Of a DNA stretch of 64,000 bases, positions 46,344-61,595 are shown one piece after another; the first letter of the stretch is position 1; each line of letters starts with the position of its first letter. This DNA comes from Zancudomyces culisetae HAW-14-8 (taxonomy: Eukaryota; Fungi; Kickxellomycota), in contig JBNJNM010000009.1 of assembly GCA_052426225.1 (NCBI GenBank), positions 1,332,323-1,396,322 of the forward strand. Reading direction: 5' to 3'. Under the pieces are notes generated by a model, which was not told the DNA's origin, made no database searches, and saw nothing but the letters and a program-made list of their open reading frames with translations. The position numbers and the translations under genes are program-made.

Positions 46344-47599
46344 TTTTTAAGTGTAGATATACGTTTGTATCTGTGGTAATTATTGAGTTATTCAAGGTTT
46401 TAGTTTTATGTCTTCTTTTAAAGAATATTAAACTTTTATGAACGTATATTATTTTAAATATTTAGGTTTGAAAAAAACGCAAATATATATGTAATTTTAT
46501 AAGATTGCATGGTGAGTCTCTCCAATTACAAAAAAGAACCTAGCGTGATATATATTTATGTACCAAGGGCTAATGTGTTTCATAATTTTCTAACTGCTAC
46601 TCATCAACACTAACTTGTTGGGTAAAAAGTCGAGATATTAAAAATATTAGCTAAAAATAAACAAATTCTTGTGGATATCCATTTGGAAATCAGCATCTAC
46701 TGACCCATCCGTTAGGTCATGCCTGATTCTCTCATTGTTCTAAATATTAATGTTTAATGTCCTGTTTATTGACTCATTCGCTAATATAATGTGTTATTAT
46801 TTGAAAACCAAATCACGCATAAAATTGTTATTCTTATTCTTAAACTCATAGATAAACACAAATGAATCTTAGTATTAAATGATAGATTGTAAACTGAATA
46901 TACGTGGTTTTTGTTTTTTCAACATCACATGACATTGTAAGATACGAAAAATTATTGTGCAATGTGAAAACTCAAATAAATCAAATTGCATATTTTACCA
47001 TCTCTGCACTCACTCATTATATATTCTTTTACTATCTTGTTTATATGGTTATTTCCATTAATCAAACTGCTTTTCACTATTACCAATAATTTTGTTGCGT
47101 ATTAAGAAACAACGAAAATTGTACACTCACGTACACACTTTTATCTTTTTACAATGACATGTACTTATAATAAATCCAACAACACTGTAGATAAATATTC
47201 AAGTATAACAATAAAAAAAGGGAATTTTAGACAAAATCTGTTTAACCCGCCCAACCAGTAATATTGGGTTGGTTCCTTTTCTCGCTATGTAAAGAGTAAT
47301 CGGTCTCTGTGACTCCTTCACAGGGAGTCTACCTAGAAAGTATATTTCTCTATCATCATCTACACATATGTTTTCTAATCTCTGCTCTCTTATCTTTCCA
47401 TCTAAATACACTTGGGTTGTGTAATTTCAAATACGTTTTTTAGTCTGCGATCAATAAGTTGCAGCCAAAAGATTAAATGTCTATGGTCTCTGTACTCTTT
47501 CAACCAACTAAACGTTGATCAACGAAAAAATAAAAGTCAATTTTGCTAGTTTAACATTCGTTTATATCTTTTCAATTACTATCACACTAAATTCACAGA

Positions 47600-48560
47600 A
47601 CTTGATCAATTTATGACCATTTGTGATCTTGAAATATTTGTGATAGACTCAATATATGAAGTTATTTTGGCACTATGTTTTATCATTTCTACATTTTTGC
47701 GACGACATACTTGCCTGAATTCAAACTTTCAGTATTACACCAGGTTGGGGTTTCTTTCAAACAAAACTTTTAATATTTTGAGACTATTGTTATTGCAGGC
47801 CTGTATTACCCACTATGAAATCGCTCTTTTACTCTTCCTCCTTATTCAAACAACAGTATCACATTTCTAGATTATTTTTTTTGCAAACCTGTACCACACC
47901 ACAGTTTAATCCTCTTTGTACACTTGCTTCATTCTTCATCAACATCTTATAGACATTCATATTATTTCTCTTACATGCCTGGAGAACGTAATTTTTATCG
48001 CTATTTTCAAGAGAGTAATAATATTCCAAAAGCAACTTAATTGGTTCTAGATTGTTTCTTTTGATGGTAGCTTGAACAAAATATAAATCCACTATCAATC
48101 TGAAGACAGTAGAAAAGCACTAGTCATAGTATTTCAATATTATCTAGAGCTATGTACTCTAAAGGATATTAATATCTTTTTTCTTGTGCTCCATTTTCGA
48201 ATACTAATCTTACAATATCAATTATTTTTGTACTGAGTGCTGCATCTAAAACAAATATTGCACCATAAAATCAGTCTTATTCTTAAAAAGTGGTTTCATT
48301 ATCTCGATATCTTGGCTTTTTATTATTAATTCAATATTTCAGAATTGCTGTTGAAATCAATTTTGTTGGTAAAAGTATTTTCAGTATCTCGGAGTATTTG
48401 TTATAGCCGCGTCCTCACCCCATCCAAAAATTTTTATTCTGAATTGGTTTACTATATACTAGTAAAAAATCGGTAACATAGTATTCATCCAAACCGTCAT
48501 GCATTCTTGGTCCAAACGATTGATAATATATATAATTTATCCCTTTTTTGTGTTTTTTTA
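47600..48560 (-). pseudogene. Degenerate ankyrin-repeat gene
   Basis: Fragments such as ATIKRNNLEPIKLLLEY, ACKRNNMNVYKMLMKNEA and VCKKNNLEM, interrupted by stops; limits approximate. Confidence 0.5.
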
Positions 48561-48594
48561 ATTCCATTTTTGCAATTTTCCTAAACCATCATAG

Positions 48595-48910
48595 TAATAT
48601 GTTTAGTTGAATGAAATGAAAACTTGAATTATTATGATAACATCCAGATACAATTATGTGTGTGTACCAATCTATATTATAGTTCGATAATTCTTTCCTA
48701 ATTACTATTTTTATCGATTAATCCATTACCTTAAAATTTGGTAAAAAATTAAATCGATAAAAAGAGAGTAAAAATTTAGAAACTTTATACGTAATGATGT
48801 GTGTAATGACAGACATCACCGTATAATATATATAAAATAAGTAAAACTAACTAAATAATATATTTTTAACCAACATAAACTGATATCCCCTGTTTCCTGG
48901 TGAATCATTA
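48595..48910 (-). mobile_element. Isolated right end (extension plus ITR) of a second, diverged DIRS1 copy
   Basis: Reverse-complement match to about 28735-29050, with scattered substitutions. Confidence 0.88.
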
Positions 48911-49526
48911 TGTTAGAAACGCATTATTTACCCATGAGTTTTAATATTTATTTTTGATAATATTTAATTACCTTTGAATCCTAACTTGAAAAATTAAGTT
49001 TCCCAACTTAAATAAATTAGTTTCCTGACAATATTTATATGATTTTATGATATTTTCTTGTAAATAATTATTATTTATAGTATTACACTTATTTGTTTGA
49101 CTTACTTGTTTAATATTTGTTTGTAGTTTATACATATTTATTTATTATTTTTAAACACAGAAGTAGTCTGTGCATATTTTATTAGTATATTTTAAGTAGT
49201 ATTTGTTTATGCAAATCATGAATGTTTGCATATGTTTATTTATTTGTAGGAATCATGTATAGTTTTATTATCTTTATGGCTTTTCTATGACATGATAAGA
49301 AAGTAAAAACACAGTTTATTAGTATAAATTAATTACTATTAGTATTTGAATTTTGTATAAATAGGTTGTTAAAAGACTTAGAAAGAAAAAATATCAATTT
49401 AATAAAGTTGGTTCTACACAGGATCTTATAGTATTATAGTGAAAACTTATAATAAAACAGTACATAGTATAATGATTATAATATTTTCCAACTAATTGAT
49501 AAACAATACGTGTGAATCTGAGCTTT

Positions 49527-52500
49527 TGTCACGATTGACACTAGGTACTATTGTTGCTTGAAAATATTTTATTTAGGATAAGATAATATTTTATCGCTAA
49601 GGATTTCATAGCGAAAAAATATTACTTTATATATTCAATAAATATTACTAATAAAAACATGTACTAATTTTATAATTAATTATTGTAAGATTAATGTTAT
49701 AATTATAGTTTTGGTTTTGTGTTAGTATCATTACTTAAGTAAATGATTAAAACAACAAAATGTTTCAATTAAAATAAGTGTTTTGCATCAGTATTGTAAC
49801 AATACTAATTCAAAATCATTAAGTCATAATCATGACATTACTCCCTCTTAAGGCTAATCAACGTGGTTTATTCGGATATAGTCTGTAAAATTGTTTAATT
49901 AATCCAGGAGCGTGTACATCTGTCGCGTATTCCCAAGTTCTTTCTACTGGAGGATAACCCTTCCAATCAATTAAATATTTTAATTTGCCGTGAACAGTTT
50001 TAGAATCTAAAATCTCTGATACTTCATATTCTATCTGATCATTAACAATAAAGGTGGTGGAGGATCTTGTACACAATTAGAAAATGAGGTAGTTTTGTGT
50101 GGTTTCAACAGTGATATGTGAAATACAGGATGTATTCGCATACTTGGAGGTAAACGAAGTTTAACAGCAACTGGATTTATAATTTCCATAATCTCAAAAG
50201 GACCAATGTACTTATAATCCAACTTCCGACATGGTCTAGTAGATTTAATATTTTGTTGTGATAACCAGACCTTTTTTCCTATTGTAATGTCTTGTGAATC
50301 TTTTCTTTTAAGATCTGCAAATCTTTTATAATTATGTTTAGCCTTGCATAATTGAACAGTTAGCTCATTTTGAATATTTTTTAAATGCTTAATAAGCTCT
50401 TCTGCTTGAGGAACTGGAGATTCAATTGTACTATCTAAAGTTAAGTTAGGATTATAACCATAATTGGAGTAGAAAGGGCTAACTTTGGAACTTGAATGTG
50501 TCGCATTGTTATATGCGAATTCAGCCAAAGGTAACAGTTGAACCCAGTTGTCCTGTTGAAAATTGATAAAACAGCGTAGATACTGTTCGAGGATTTGATT
50601 TACATGCTCAGTCTGCCCATCAGACTGAGGGTGGAATGCTGAAGTCATACTCAAAGATATTTTACGTAGGCGTGTTAGTTCTTTTTAAAATTTTGAAACA
50701 AATTGTGTTCCACGATCTGAAACTATGTTCTGTGGCATCCCATGAAGTTTAAATATATGTTTAATAAATTTTTTGGCAGTTTCTAAGGCAGTTGGTGTAG
50801 ATTTAATAGGTACGAAGTGTGCCATCTTAGTTAATCGATCTACTACCACTAAGATAACAGTACAACCTTCTGAACAAGGTAAGTCAACTATAAAGTCCAT
50901 TGAAACTGCTTCCCAAGGACGATTGGGTGTTTCTAATGGCATAAGTAGTACAGCAGGTTTTGAGTTTAGGTGTTTTGTACGATTGCATACATCACAAGAA
51001 TCTATATATTCTTTTACAGTATTAAACATGTTAGGCCACCAATAAGTACGTGATATAAGCGTTTGAGTTTTTGCTCTTCCGAAATGACCTGCTATTGGAG
51101 AGTCGTGGCAAATTGCTAGAATTTTTATTCGAATTGATTCAGGTACGTATATCTTGTTCTTTACTTTTAAAATAAAATCTTGAAAATTAATCTGAAAGTT
51201 AGGTTTTCCTGATTTTAAAATTAGTTCTTTGGCTAGTATATCGTTATTTATAGTATTCTTAATCATTGATATAATCTCTTTAGTTTGGTTGGTACTTATA
51301 GCGGAAATGACAATTTTTGGTTTCCAGATAGGTTCAGGTTCTATATTTATTATCCCCTCTTTATGCTCACTTTTCCTGGATAGGGCATCTGCCTTTCCGT
51401 TTTGGGATCCCGGACGATAAGTTAATACGATATCGAACCTAGTTAAAAATAAAGCCCATCTCGCTTGCCGTTGGTTTAATATTTTTGCAGACCTAAAATA
51501 TTCTAAGTTTTTATGGTCAGTTATAACACTTACAGGATACAAAGCACCTTCGAGATGGTGGCGCCATTGTTCCAATGCACATTTTACTGCAAGTAATTCT
51601 TTATCGAATATATTATAATTTTGTTCGGCCGCATTTAAGGTTCTAGAATAATAAGCTACAGGGTGTGTAACTCCATGATGTTTTTGCGATAACACTGCGC
51701 CCAATGCATAATTAGATGCATCACATTCTAGAATAAATTGTTTATACGGATCAGGATGAGTTAAAACGGGTGCAGTCGTACATAATTCTTTAAGGTTTTC
51801 AAAAGCCTCTTGTTGATCCGATCCCCATACAAAGGGTGTATCCTTCTTTAATAATGTCGTTATTGGTTTTACCGTTTTAGCAAAGTTGTTTATAAACCTT
51901 CTATAAAAGTTTACAAATCCCAAAAATACTTGAATATCTTTTACTGATTTTGGTACCTGCCATTCTTTAATTGTTACGATGCGATTTGGGTCCATAATAA
52001 GTCCAGCAGGGGTAACTATAAATCCTAAAAATTCAACCCTATCGCGGTCAAATTCACACTTTTCAAGTTTAACATATAACTTGTTTGCTATAAGTCTTTC
52101 CAACACTGTGCGAACATGCGAGGTATGAATTTCGGCGTTTTCAGAAAATATTAATATGTCATCTAGGTAGACAACCACGTAAAGATCTAGAATATCTCGA
52201 AATATATCGTTAACAAATGCCTGAAATGTTGCCGGTGCGTTTGAGAGCCCAAACGGCATAACTTTATATTCGAAATGTCCATATTGTGTTCGAAAGGCCG
52301 TTTTCCATTCGTCTCCTTTTCGGATTCGTACCAGATTATAAGCGCCGCGAAGATCGAGTTTTGTAAATATTTTTGCAGATTGAACGCGTTCTAATAATTC
52401 TGACATTAATGGAAGTGCATATCTATTTCTTTTAGCTACTTTGTTTAATTCACGGTAATCTACGACTAGACGCAGATATCCATCTTTTTTCCCTGTAAAG

Positions 52501-55288
52501 AACACTGGTGCTACAGCGGATGATATAGAACGAACAATAAACCCCTTGGCAAGGTTCTCATCTATATATTCTTTTAACACTTTTCGTTCGTTTAGAGATA
52601 AAGGATAAATTGTACCATAAGGAATTTTAGCATTAGGAATGAGATCTATTGAACAATCATATTGTCTATGGGGTGGTAAGGTGTCGGCTTTCTGTTTATC
52701 AAAGGCTTGCCTAAGATCATAATATTTTTCAGGAATTGAAACCATCACTTGTGAACATGGTTGTGTTGGTTTAGCCTGACTAATTAACCCTATTAAATGG
52801 TTCATAATTCTAGGCTTTTTAAATGTATTTTCATCAATGCTTTCCAATTCTATCTCTCTTTTCCTAAATGGCTCTACTGGATCAGCTGGAGGTGGTGTAC
52901 GTGGTATAATAATTTTATTTTGTTGATATTGTTCATTTCCGTTACTGTAGTTCATCTCTTCTTCCATTACAGATAATAATTCTTCATCCGTAACAGAATT
53001 ATAATAACTTTGATTTTTGAGAAAATCTTCAATATCAACATCTTTATCAGGATAATATTCAAGATCGATGTAAGCGTTTAGATCACTACAGCTAGATAGT
53101 GATTGAATTTCCAAGTTAGAATAAGTTTTGGCTTGGGAATGATTTTCTGAACTTATAATTGATTTTTGGATATTATGTGAATTAGAAAGGCTTTGATTCA
53201 AGATAATCGAATTAAATTGCTGTTGCTGTTGCTGTTGCTGTTGTTGTTGTTGCTATTGCTGTATCATCGGCTGTAATTTATGCTCTTTAAATGATTTTGA
53301 CTGTGGCTGTGATGGCAATATAGGCTGTGATTGTATCAAGGGCTGTGATTTTTGTCGTGGTATTTCCTGTGACTTTAAAATGGGAAAGGTACTAGGGGTG
53401 GGTATTGTATTTTTTTTTTCATTTTTAACTTTTGTTTTTACTTGTTTTATATTATTACTTTGTAATTTAATGTTATGTTTCGCATTTTCTTTGCAATTGG
53501 TACTACAATAATAGTTATTAAATATAACCTTGCGGGTTTTCCAAATAATTGTTGGATTATGTAGTTCAAGCCACGGGAGACCCAAGATAATATCAGCATG
53601 ATGGCAGTTAATAATTTCAAAAACGATGGCTTCAAAAAGATTATTATTTATTGAAAGTTCAAGAGGTACTGTGGTATGTGTTATTGGACCTGATGTCATA
53701 GAACTTCCATCAATGAATTCAATTGAAACAGGAATTCTCTTTGGTATAGTATTTATATTATTTTGGTTTACAATGGATTTGTTGATGAATAAACCTGATG
53801 CGCCAGAGTCTATCATTGCTAATAATTTTACGGATGTGTTGTTGAACATAATTTTTATGGGCAGCAGGAAACATAAGGATGTATGTTGGAATTAAGTGTT
53901 CCAATTATATTTTGTGAATTATAAGAGAAAGAATTAGGAATACTGTTAAAATTATCTACCTTGTTCAGGTTTAACTTCCCATTTAAACCTGAACCTTGGC
54001 TTTTCCCAGTTTTTAATTCTTTGCTGGACAGGTATTAACTTGATGTCCTTCGCTACCACAATAGAAACAAAAATTGAGTTTGTTTCTTCTCTCCCTTTCT
54101 GCTTGTGTTACTGTACGTTGAGCTGAATCCACTTGCATGTATTCAGTTTTTTCAGTAATGGGAATGGTCGAGATTATCCTCTGGGTGCCTCTGCGTTTTC
54201 TCAGTTTTTCTTCCTTACGTCGAGTGAGTCTCGCATCAACTGTAATAGCGGCATAGATGTATCCTTCTAAGTCAGTAGGCGTTTGAAATAATGCTAAGGT
54301 GTCTAATACCGATTCGTTTAATCCTTCGGAAAATTGTGATACGCAGGCAGCTTCATTCCAGTCGAGATCCATAATTAACCTACGGAATTCTGAAGCATAC
54401 ATGGTTACTGAAGAATCACCTTGTTTTAGTGCTCTTATAGCATCATTTGCTGTTTGGGCACGTTGTGGATCATCAAATACTTTTGCAAATTCTTCCGTGA
54501 ATAGATCGAAATTATGTAACACAGGACTATTTTTTTCGATGTATGGACTTGCCCAACGTAATGCATTGCCTGTAAGAAGAGACATAATAAGTCCAACTTT
54601 ATTAGCCGAAGAAGGATAATGGCCAGGTTGTGTAAAGAATACGAGGCGACACTGATTGATAAATCCTCTAAATTTGGTACGGTCACCATCATAACGTTCA
54701 GGTAGAGCTATCTTAACAGGCTGAGTATGGATGGTGGTTGACAATAGATTAGGATCTGTTACTGCAGCTGGTTCTGGTATTGCAACATGGTCTGGTGTTA
54801 TGGCTGGGTCTGAATTTTGTGTTAGATGGTTTTCTACGAGTTGAGCTTGATTTGCAATGATTGTTTGCAGTCTTTCGTTATCCTCTCTTAATCTTTCCAA
54901 TTCGATTAAGAGTTGTTCGAGGTTTATTTCTTGTGTAGACATGATATAGTAGGTAGTGATAATAGCGATAAAATAATGTCACGATTGACACTAGGTACTA
55001 TTGTTGCTTGAAATTATTTTATTTAGGATAAGATATTATTTTATCGCTTAGGATTTCATAGCGAAAAATTATTACTTTATATATTAAATAAATATTACTA
55101 ATAAAAACATGTACTAATTTTATAATTAACTATAGTAAGATTAATGTTAAAATATATTTTTGGTTATGTGTTAGTATCATTACTTAAGTAAATGATTAAA
55201 ACAACAAAATGTTTCAATTAAAATAAGTGTTTTGCATCAGTATTGTAACAATGCTAATTCAAAATCTTTTCATATCATATTCATGACA
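49527..55288 (-). mobile_element. Ty3/gypsy chromovirus C (sister of B), full length but decayed
   Basis: LTRs 54977-55288 and 49527-49837 (visibly diverged); gag 54013-54942; PR 53253-53849; RT-RH-IN 50685-53201 and 50031-50654; chromodomain 49858-50076; PPT at 49838-49850. No matching TSD. Confidence 0.95.
53216..53262 (-). repeat. CAG/CAA poly-Gln microsatellite in the PR-RT spacer of element C
   Basis: (TGC/TGT)n on the plus strand, with one unit reading TAG on the minus strand. Confidence 0.8.
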
Positions 55289-55822
55289 TCCCAACACCAA
55301 TCGATGTTTTTCTTCAATGATTTTGTAAGAGGATTGGCTATCTTTGCATTATTTTTTATAAACTTACGGTAATAACCGGTAAGTCCTAGTAGTGCCTGCA
55401 GCTCTTTTTTGTTAGTTGGGTTTTTTAACTGACTTACCGCTTATATTTTTTTATCTGTCGTGCTTATTCCTGCCTTTGAGATTTGGTGTCCCAAATATTC
55501 TAAACTTTCAAGTGCAAACTTGCATTTGTCTAAGTGCAGCTGAATCGACTCTATTCTGAAAATCTCAAAAACTGTATTTAAATCATTGTAGTGGCTTTCA
55601 TGATCATTAGAATATACTACCACGTCGTCTATAAATACCACTGAATTTTTTCACAGCACTTCCTTCAATGTAGTCTTCATTAATCATTGGAATGTCGCTG
55701 GACTGTTGGTCAGTCCAAACGGCATTACATTGTATTGGTATGACCCACTTCCAGGAATAGCGAACGATGTTTTCTCCTTGTCACAGTCTCGCATTTTCAC
55801 CTACCAGAACCCTGACATAGCA
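55289..55822 (-). mobile_element. Degenerate Ty3/gypsy RT fragment
   Basis: SGFW*V...MPFGLTNSPATFQ...VFIDD...YLGH...[10 protein letters not shown], with stops. Confidence 0.85.
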
Positions 55823-56273
55823 TGTTATAACTTGGTTTATTTATTTTATTTATTATAACTTGGATTATTAAATATTAACTTTATTAATATAAAAGGAATG
55901 TTTTTCACTGACGATTTCCACCACGAATTTCGTTGGGTTTATATACTTTTTCGTCAGCAAAATTTTCATGAAAAATAACCAAGGTCGCAAGACCTTGTTT
56001 GTCGAAGAAAAAATATTTTCTTACTTCGATAAACATTCAAGGAGTTTGACCCTTGATTAGTTTCATGATTTTCAATGTTGGGGTTTAGTTCAACATTGGT
56101 TGTATTGGTTTATGTAAAATAAGAACAGTTAATTAAAAATCGAATTGGTAATAAATTTATTTCATGATTACCTAAATAAATAAATATATCTTTACTAAAA
56201 TGGAAATTCAACTTAATAATTTAATTTAACTAAAATAGAAATAAAATAAATTAATTATAGAACTACGTTCTAT

Positions 56274-59200
56274 TCACAACAAGTTTGTTTGGTTGTAGTT
56301 ACGATAAATTCTGATATACAGTTCTAAAACTTGGTTTACACGTTCCGTTTGACCATCCGTTTGTGGATGGTATGCTGTTGACATATTTAATTTTATATTT
56401 AATACTTTGGTAATAGTATTCCAAAATTTATAAGTGAAGATAGAACCTCTATCAGAGACAATATCTTTTGGCAGTCCGTGAAGTTTAAATATGTTATTGA
56501 TAAATAGTTTTGCTGTTTGTTGTTCGTTGATGTTGTTATTTGTTGCAATAAAATGCGCCATTTTTGTTAGTCTATCTACAATAACCAATACTGAATCGTA
56601 AGTTTGTGACAATGGTAACCCAACAATAAAATCCATAGAAATTGATTCCCACGGTTTTTCTGGAATCTGGAAAGGTTGTAGTTGACCATTTGGTTTGTGT
56701 CTTATCGGTTTACATCTGCAACATTGATCGCATGAGTTAATATAATTTTTAATCATTATTCTCATTTTTGGCCAATAATAGTATCTTGAAATCAGTTCAA
56801 AGGTTTTAGAATGTCCGAAGTGTCCAGCAATAGGCGAATCGTGAAATTGGTTGAGTTGTAGTAGTTTGATTTCAATGTTATCTGGAATGTAAGTTTTACC
56901 TTTAAAAGTAAGTATTTCATTGTCGTATTTATAATCCTTTAAGTTTAGATATTCAGAGTTAGATGAATTGTTAATATGTTTCAATTTAGAAATAATGGAA
57001 TTAGCTTTAATATCTTTTTTGTAGCTACTATTTAATATAGTTTTATCAAATTTATTAGCAACCATTGGTTCTACTGCTGCAATAATCAATTGTTCTGGCT
57101 TTAGCATACTTTACTTATTACGTAGATCTTCATCCCCCTCCTTAGGCAAATGATCCGGGCGTCGGGACAAAGCATCGGGTTTCACGTTAGATGAACCAGT
57201 TGCGTATTTAATAATGAAATTATAATTTCCTAATAATTCTGCTCATCGTGCTTGACGCCTATTCAAAGTTTTAGTGGTAGAAAATATCTAGATTTTTATG
57301 GTCAGTTAAAACCGTAATTTGGTGTATGCTCCTTCGAGGATTGATCTCCATTCTTTAAAAGCCTCAATTATGGCTAACATTACTTATCGTAAATTTCGTA
57401 GTTGATTTCAGCAGGTTGTAACTTTCTGGAATAATATGCTATAGGATGTAAAATGTTATTATCGTCGCGTTGTGAAATAACTCCACCAATTGCGAAGTCT
57501 GATGCATCAGTTTCGATAGTAATTGATTTATTCGGATCAAAATATTTTAAATTAAGTGCAGTTGTAAATCTATTTTCAATTGATCGAAAGAGTTTTGTGC
57601 GTCAGTCTACAGTTCCATATTTCATTTTTTCGTAACAATATTGTTATAGATGTCACAATCATTGAAAAATTCATTATAAATTTTCTATAGAAATTTGCAA
57701 AACCAAGGAACGTTAGAATTTCTTTTATTAGGTTGGTATAGGCCATGCACTTACAGCTATTGTCTTTGTTATATCTATACTTACCCCTTTATCGGAAACA
57801 ATATATCCCAAGAATTCGACTTCAGTTTTGTGAAATAGACATTATTCCAGTTTAGCATAAAGTGAATTATTCCGGAGTCTTCATAATAATTCTTTTACAT
57901 GCTTAATATGTGATTCAAATTGTACTATATACCAGTATATCATATAAATATACTACTGCAAATCTATCTAAGCAGTCAGTTAATACATCATTCATGAAAT
58001 ATTGAAACGATGCTGGAGCATTGCAGAGTCCGAATGGCATAACTCTATATTCATAGTGACCGTATCTCGTACGGAATGCAGTTTTCCATTCTTCTCCCTT
58101 AGCTATTCTTATTAAATTATTAGCGCCTTTTTAATCGATTTTAGATAATATTTTCGCTTGTCTGAATCTGTCGAGTAACTCTCCGATTAAAGGTAAGAGA
58201 TACCAGTTTTTAATTGTCAAGTTATTTAATCCTCATAATCAACGCATTATCTTAAAGATCCAACTTTCTTTTTTACAAAAAGTATAGGAGAGCCAGCAGG
58301 AGATGATGAAGGATATATAAAACCGTTATCTAAATTTTCTTTCAAATATTCACGAAGTGCTGCGAGTTCTGTTTCAGATAGTGATTAAATGGTCCAAATG
58401 GTGGTTGTGAGCCTGGTGTTAACGGAATTTTATGATCATATGTACGATGAGGTGGTAAATTATTAGCTGCTTTTTCGTCGAATACATCTTTAAATTCTGA
58501 ATATTCCGATGGTATAGGAGTTATTTCTGATTATTCTGGAATTAATGTGCAAGTTATTGTGTGTGTATAACATTGGTTTTGTTGAATACTACAATTATTT
58601 TGGCAATATTCAGACATGAAATACAACTTATCTAAATTCCACTCTATGTGTGGATTATGGGTTCTCAGCCAGTTTATTCCAATAATTACAGGGTATTTTC
58701 CCAATTTGGTTACATCAAAAGATATAGTTTTGTGATGATTATAGGTGTTAAGTTGAATTGGTATTGTATTGAGTGTTATGGAGCCTAACGAAATAAATCT
58801 TCCGGCAATTACTAGTAGCGGAATTGGAAATTTTTTTAATACTAATGGAATGTTATTAGTATTGGCAAAAGTAGAATCAATGAAGCAATTAGTTGAACCC
58901 GAATCAATCATGGGAACGGTTTTTATCGGGTTATTGTTTACCCGAAGGGTTACTGATACTATAAGATGAGAGTTAACTTTATTTGTTGACATAGTTAAAT
59001 GTTCCAGGTCAGATTCTTATTGATTGTGGAATTAATTTATAAGTTGCAGTCAGGTATAGATTCAGGCTTAAATTCAGGCTTAAGTTCAGGCTTAAGTTCA
59101 GGTTATGAGTGAAGTACGGGATTATTTTTAATTATAAGTTAAGATATGGTTACAGGTTTAAGTTCAGGTTTAAGTTCAGGTTTAAGTTCAGGTTTGATTT

Positions 59201-60760
59201 CAGTATTAAGTTCAGGTTTGACTTCAGATTTGGTTTCAGGTTTATTTTCAGAGTTATAGTTAGATTGGTAGAATGTATTTTTTTCATTTAATTCAGGTGT
59301 TAGATTGGTTATTTCAGTAGTGTTTATTTTATTGTTAAATTGTAAAGGTAGATTTAATTCAGCTTGATACAAACTTCCGGATGTTTCATTAGCTACAATA
59401 ATTAAAGGGTAAAAATTTTGATTGAAGTGGACGGTTTATGAAATTAGATAAGCTCAAGACTAAATCCGATAATTGTCTTGAGCTTAATTGATTTCCTTAA
59501 TAATGCTTGCAGATATAGTATTTGGTACCTTTATTTGCGGGCGACGAGGACAAGATGAAATGACATGATCAGGATTACCACAGTATAGACAAAGATTAAG
59601 GTCGCGGTAGAGTTGTGTTTCAGTCTGAGTGAGTGGTGGGCGACGAGATGAATTTCCGTCAATTTCCATTTGTTGCACCCGAGGCTGTGTTATGTTTATT
59701 AAATTGTATCTTGATGATGTAGAGTAATCCAAATTTAGAATATCCATTGGGCGAGGGCGTAACATTATTTCACGATATCTTTCAAATAGTCTGTAGTCAA
59801 TTATTATAGCGAGGTCAAAAATTTCTGAACATATGTCTGGTCTATCAAAACGGGCTAATAAATCCTTAATGTCTTTTTCAAGTCATTCATAAAATTGGCT
59901 ACAGAGTGCTGCGTCATGCCAGGACATAAGTGTCGAAATACGACAAAATTCAGTAGCATAGGTGGCTGCGGATTTCAACTGGCGAATTTTTCTGAGTTGA
60001 CGTTCAGCTGTTGAAGATTGGTGTGGATTTCCGAAAACACGATGAATTTCGTTTATGAAAATGTCAAAATTTTCCAAAATTGGTTCATGATCATTAGATT
60101 CTAGAAACGGTTGTAGCCACGAGATAGCAGGACCACAAAGGAAAGTAGAAGCAAAAATGACTTTCTGAGTATCTGTTGAAAATCTTGAGGGTTGAGCTTG
60201 TATGACTAGTTGGACTTGTGCTACAAAGTTTCTTAGTTGGTCTCAATTGCCACTAAAGCATTCAGGATCTGCTACATTTGGTTCTCTAGCCACTGGTAAC
60301 TCGTTTGCTTGATTATTTCTTAACATATTTAAGCGGAGCAGAAGATCGTCTAGTTGGGTTGCTGTCATGATCCATTCATGACATGATTGCTATTTTTTAT
60401 ATTTTATTAAAAATAGCAAATGTTAAATTTATTTACGTTTTCTCCGCTTTAATTCTTACTCATAAATTATATTTTATGGAGTAAAAATTAGTAATTTTTA
60501 TTAATTTGGTTTTATCCCATATTATTAAATGTTAACTGTGGAGATGACAGTTAATATTAATTAGTTTAAGTTATAGTTTAAGTATAGTTTTATAATGTTT
60601 TACAATTAATTTTGTATATTGTAAAACTATATATGACAAGGATTTTATTGCTTTAATAAACTTTAACAATATAATACTTTTCATCGCATAGTATTTTAAA
60701 ATAAATCATAGTCATAGTTAATACAAATAGTAATTAGTGACGAGTTGTGACAGTTGCCAT
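56274..60760 (-). mobile_element. Degenerate Ty3/gypsy element F (gag-PR-RT-RH-IN, 3' truncated)
   Basis: gag ATG at 60760; CCHC knuckle in 59484-59765; 12-bp (KPEL)n repeats at 59055-59242; IDSGS protease; broken RT/RH; integrase 56274-57107. Confidence 0.9.
60363..60752. mobile_element. 390-bp solo LTR inserted in codon 3 of element F gag
   Basis: TGTCA...TGACA termini; TSD GTTGC at 60358-60362 and 60753-60757; removal restores MATQLDDLL. Confidence 0.88.
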
Positions 60761-61442
60761 CCTATGTAATTCATTAATATGACTTTAGTCATTGTTACTA
60801 GTGCATTTAGGTCTATGTAATTATTCTCTGACAAGATAGTATAAGATATTATATATTGATCTGACAAACTTCATGAAATTATCTATTTTTGTGTAATTTG
60901 GTGAATATTAAGTATTACTATAATTATATTTATTGTTGACACTTGTTGTCTGATAAGTTTTTCTGAAGTAAATATATGCTAGTATAAGTTTTTGTTTGTA
61001 ATATTAAAATTTAAAATAAAAACTAAAATGTTGCATAAATAGAAAGTAGTTAAAATTAATGAACTATTTAAAGAAAAGTTGTGTTTTGTGCTAGTTTCAA
61101 TATTAAACATGTTTAAAATCATATTTCTGATTCATCCAAATCATGTTTGATATTGTTTGTTGATTTAATTATAACTTATTAATATTAGTTTATGACAATC
61201 AGTTGGATTTTTTTATTGGTGGCTTTTTATATTATCGTAAAACAGTGAGCTATAATGATAATAGCTATCTTTTGAGTTACTGGAGAGTTACTGTTTATAA
61301 CTGCAATGAATTTAAGCGTGTTAGGATTTAACATATTATTTTCAAGTTCAGCTTCTTTAGTAGAGTTTCTCATTCAGGTTGATAACTTTGCAGTCAAAGA
61401 AGCGATTATGTTAGCAGTTTTCATGAAGATTCGATTGATTTC

Positions 61443-61595
61443 GGGATAGGGAACGGGATAGAGATAGGAAACGGGAACGGGATATGAATATGGAACGGGA
61501 TAGGGATAGGGATAGGGATAGGGATAGGGATAGGGATAGGGATAGGGTTAGGGATAGGGATAGGGATAGGGATAGGGATAGGGATAGGGATAGGG
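61443..61595 (+). repeat. Proximal variant telomere repeats (GGGATA, GGGAAC)
   Basis: Degenerate hexamers grading into two (GGGATA)n blocks separated by one GGGTTA. Confidence 0.9.

Noticed and set aside
48911-49292. Possible further LTRs here and at about 55823-56100 and 60934-61197
   Set aside because: TG...CA-like ends but no TSD or partner LTR found, so boundaries are unsupported.
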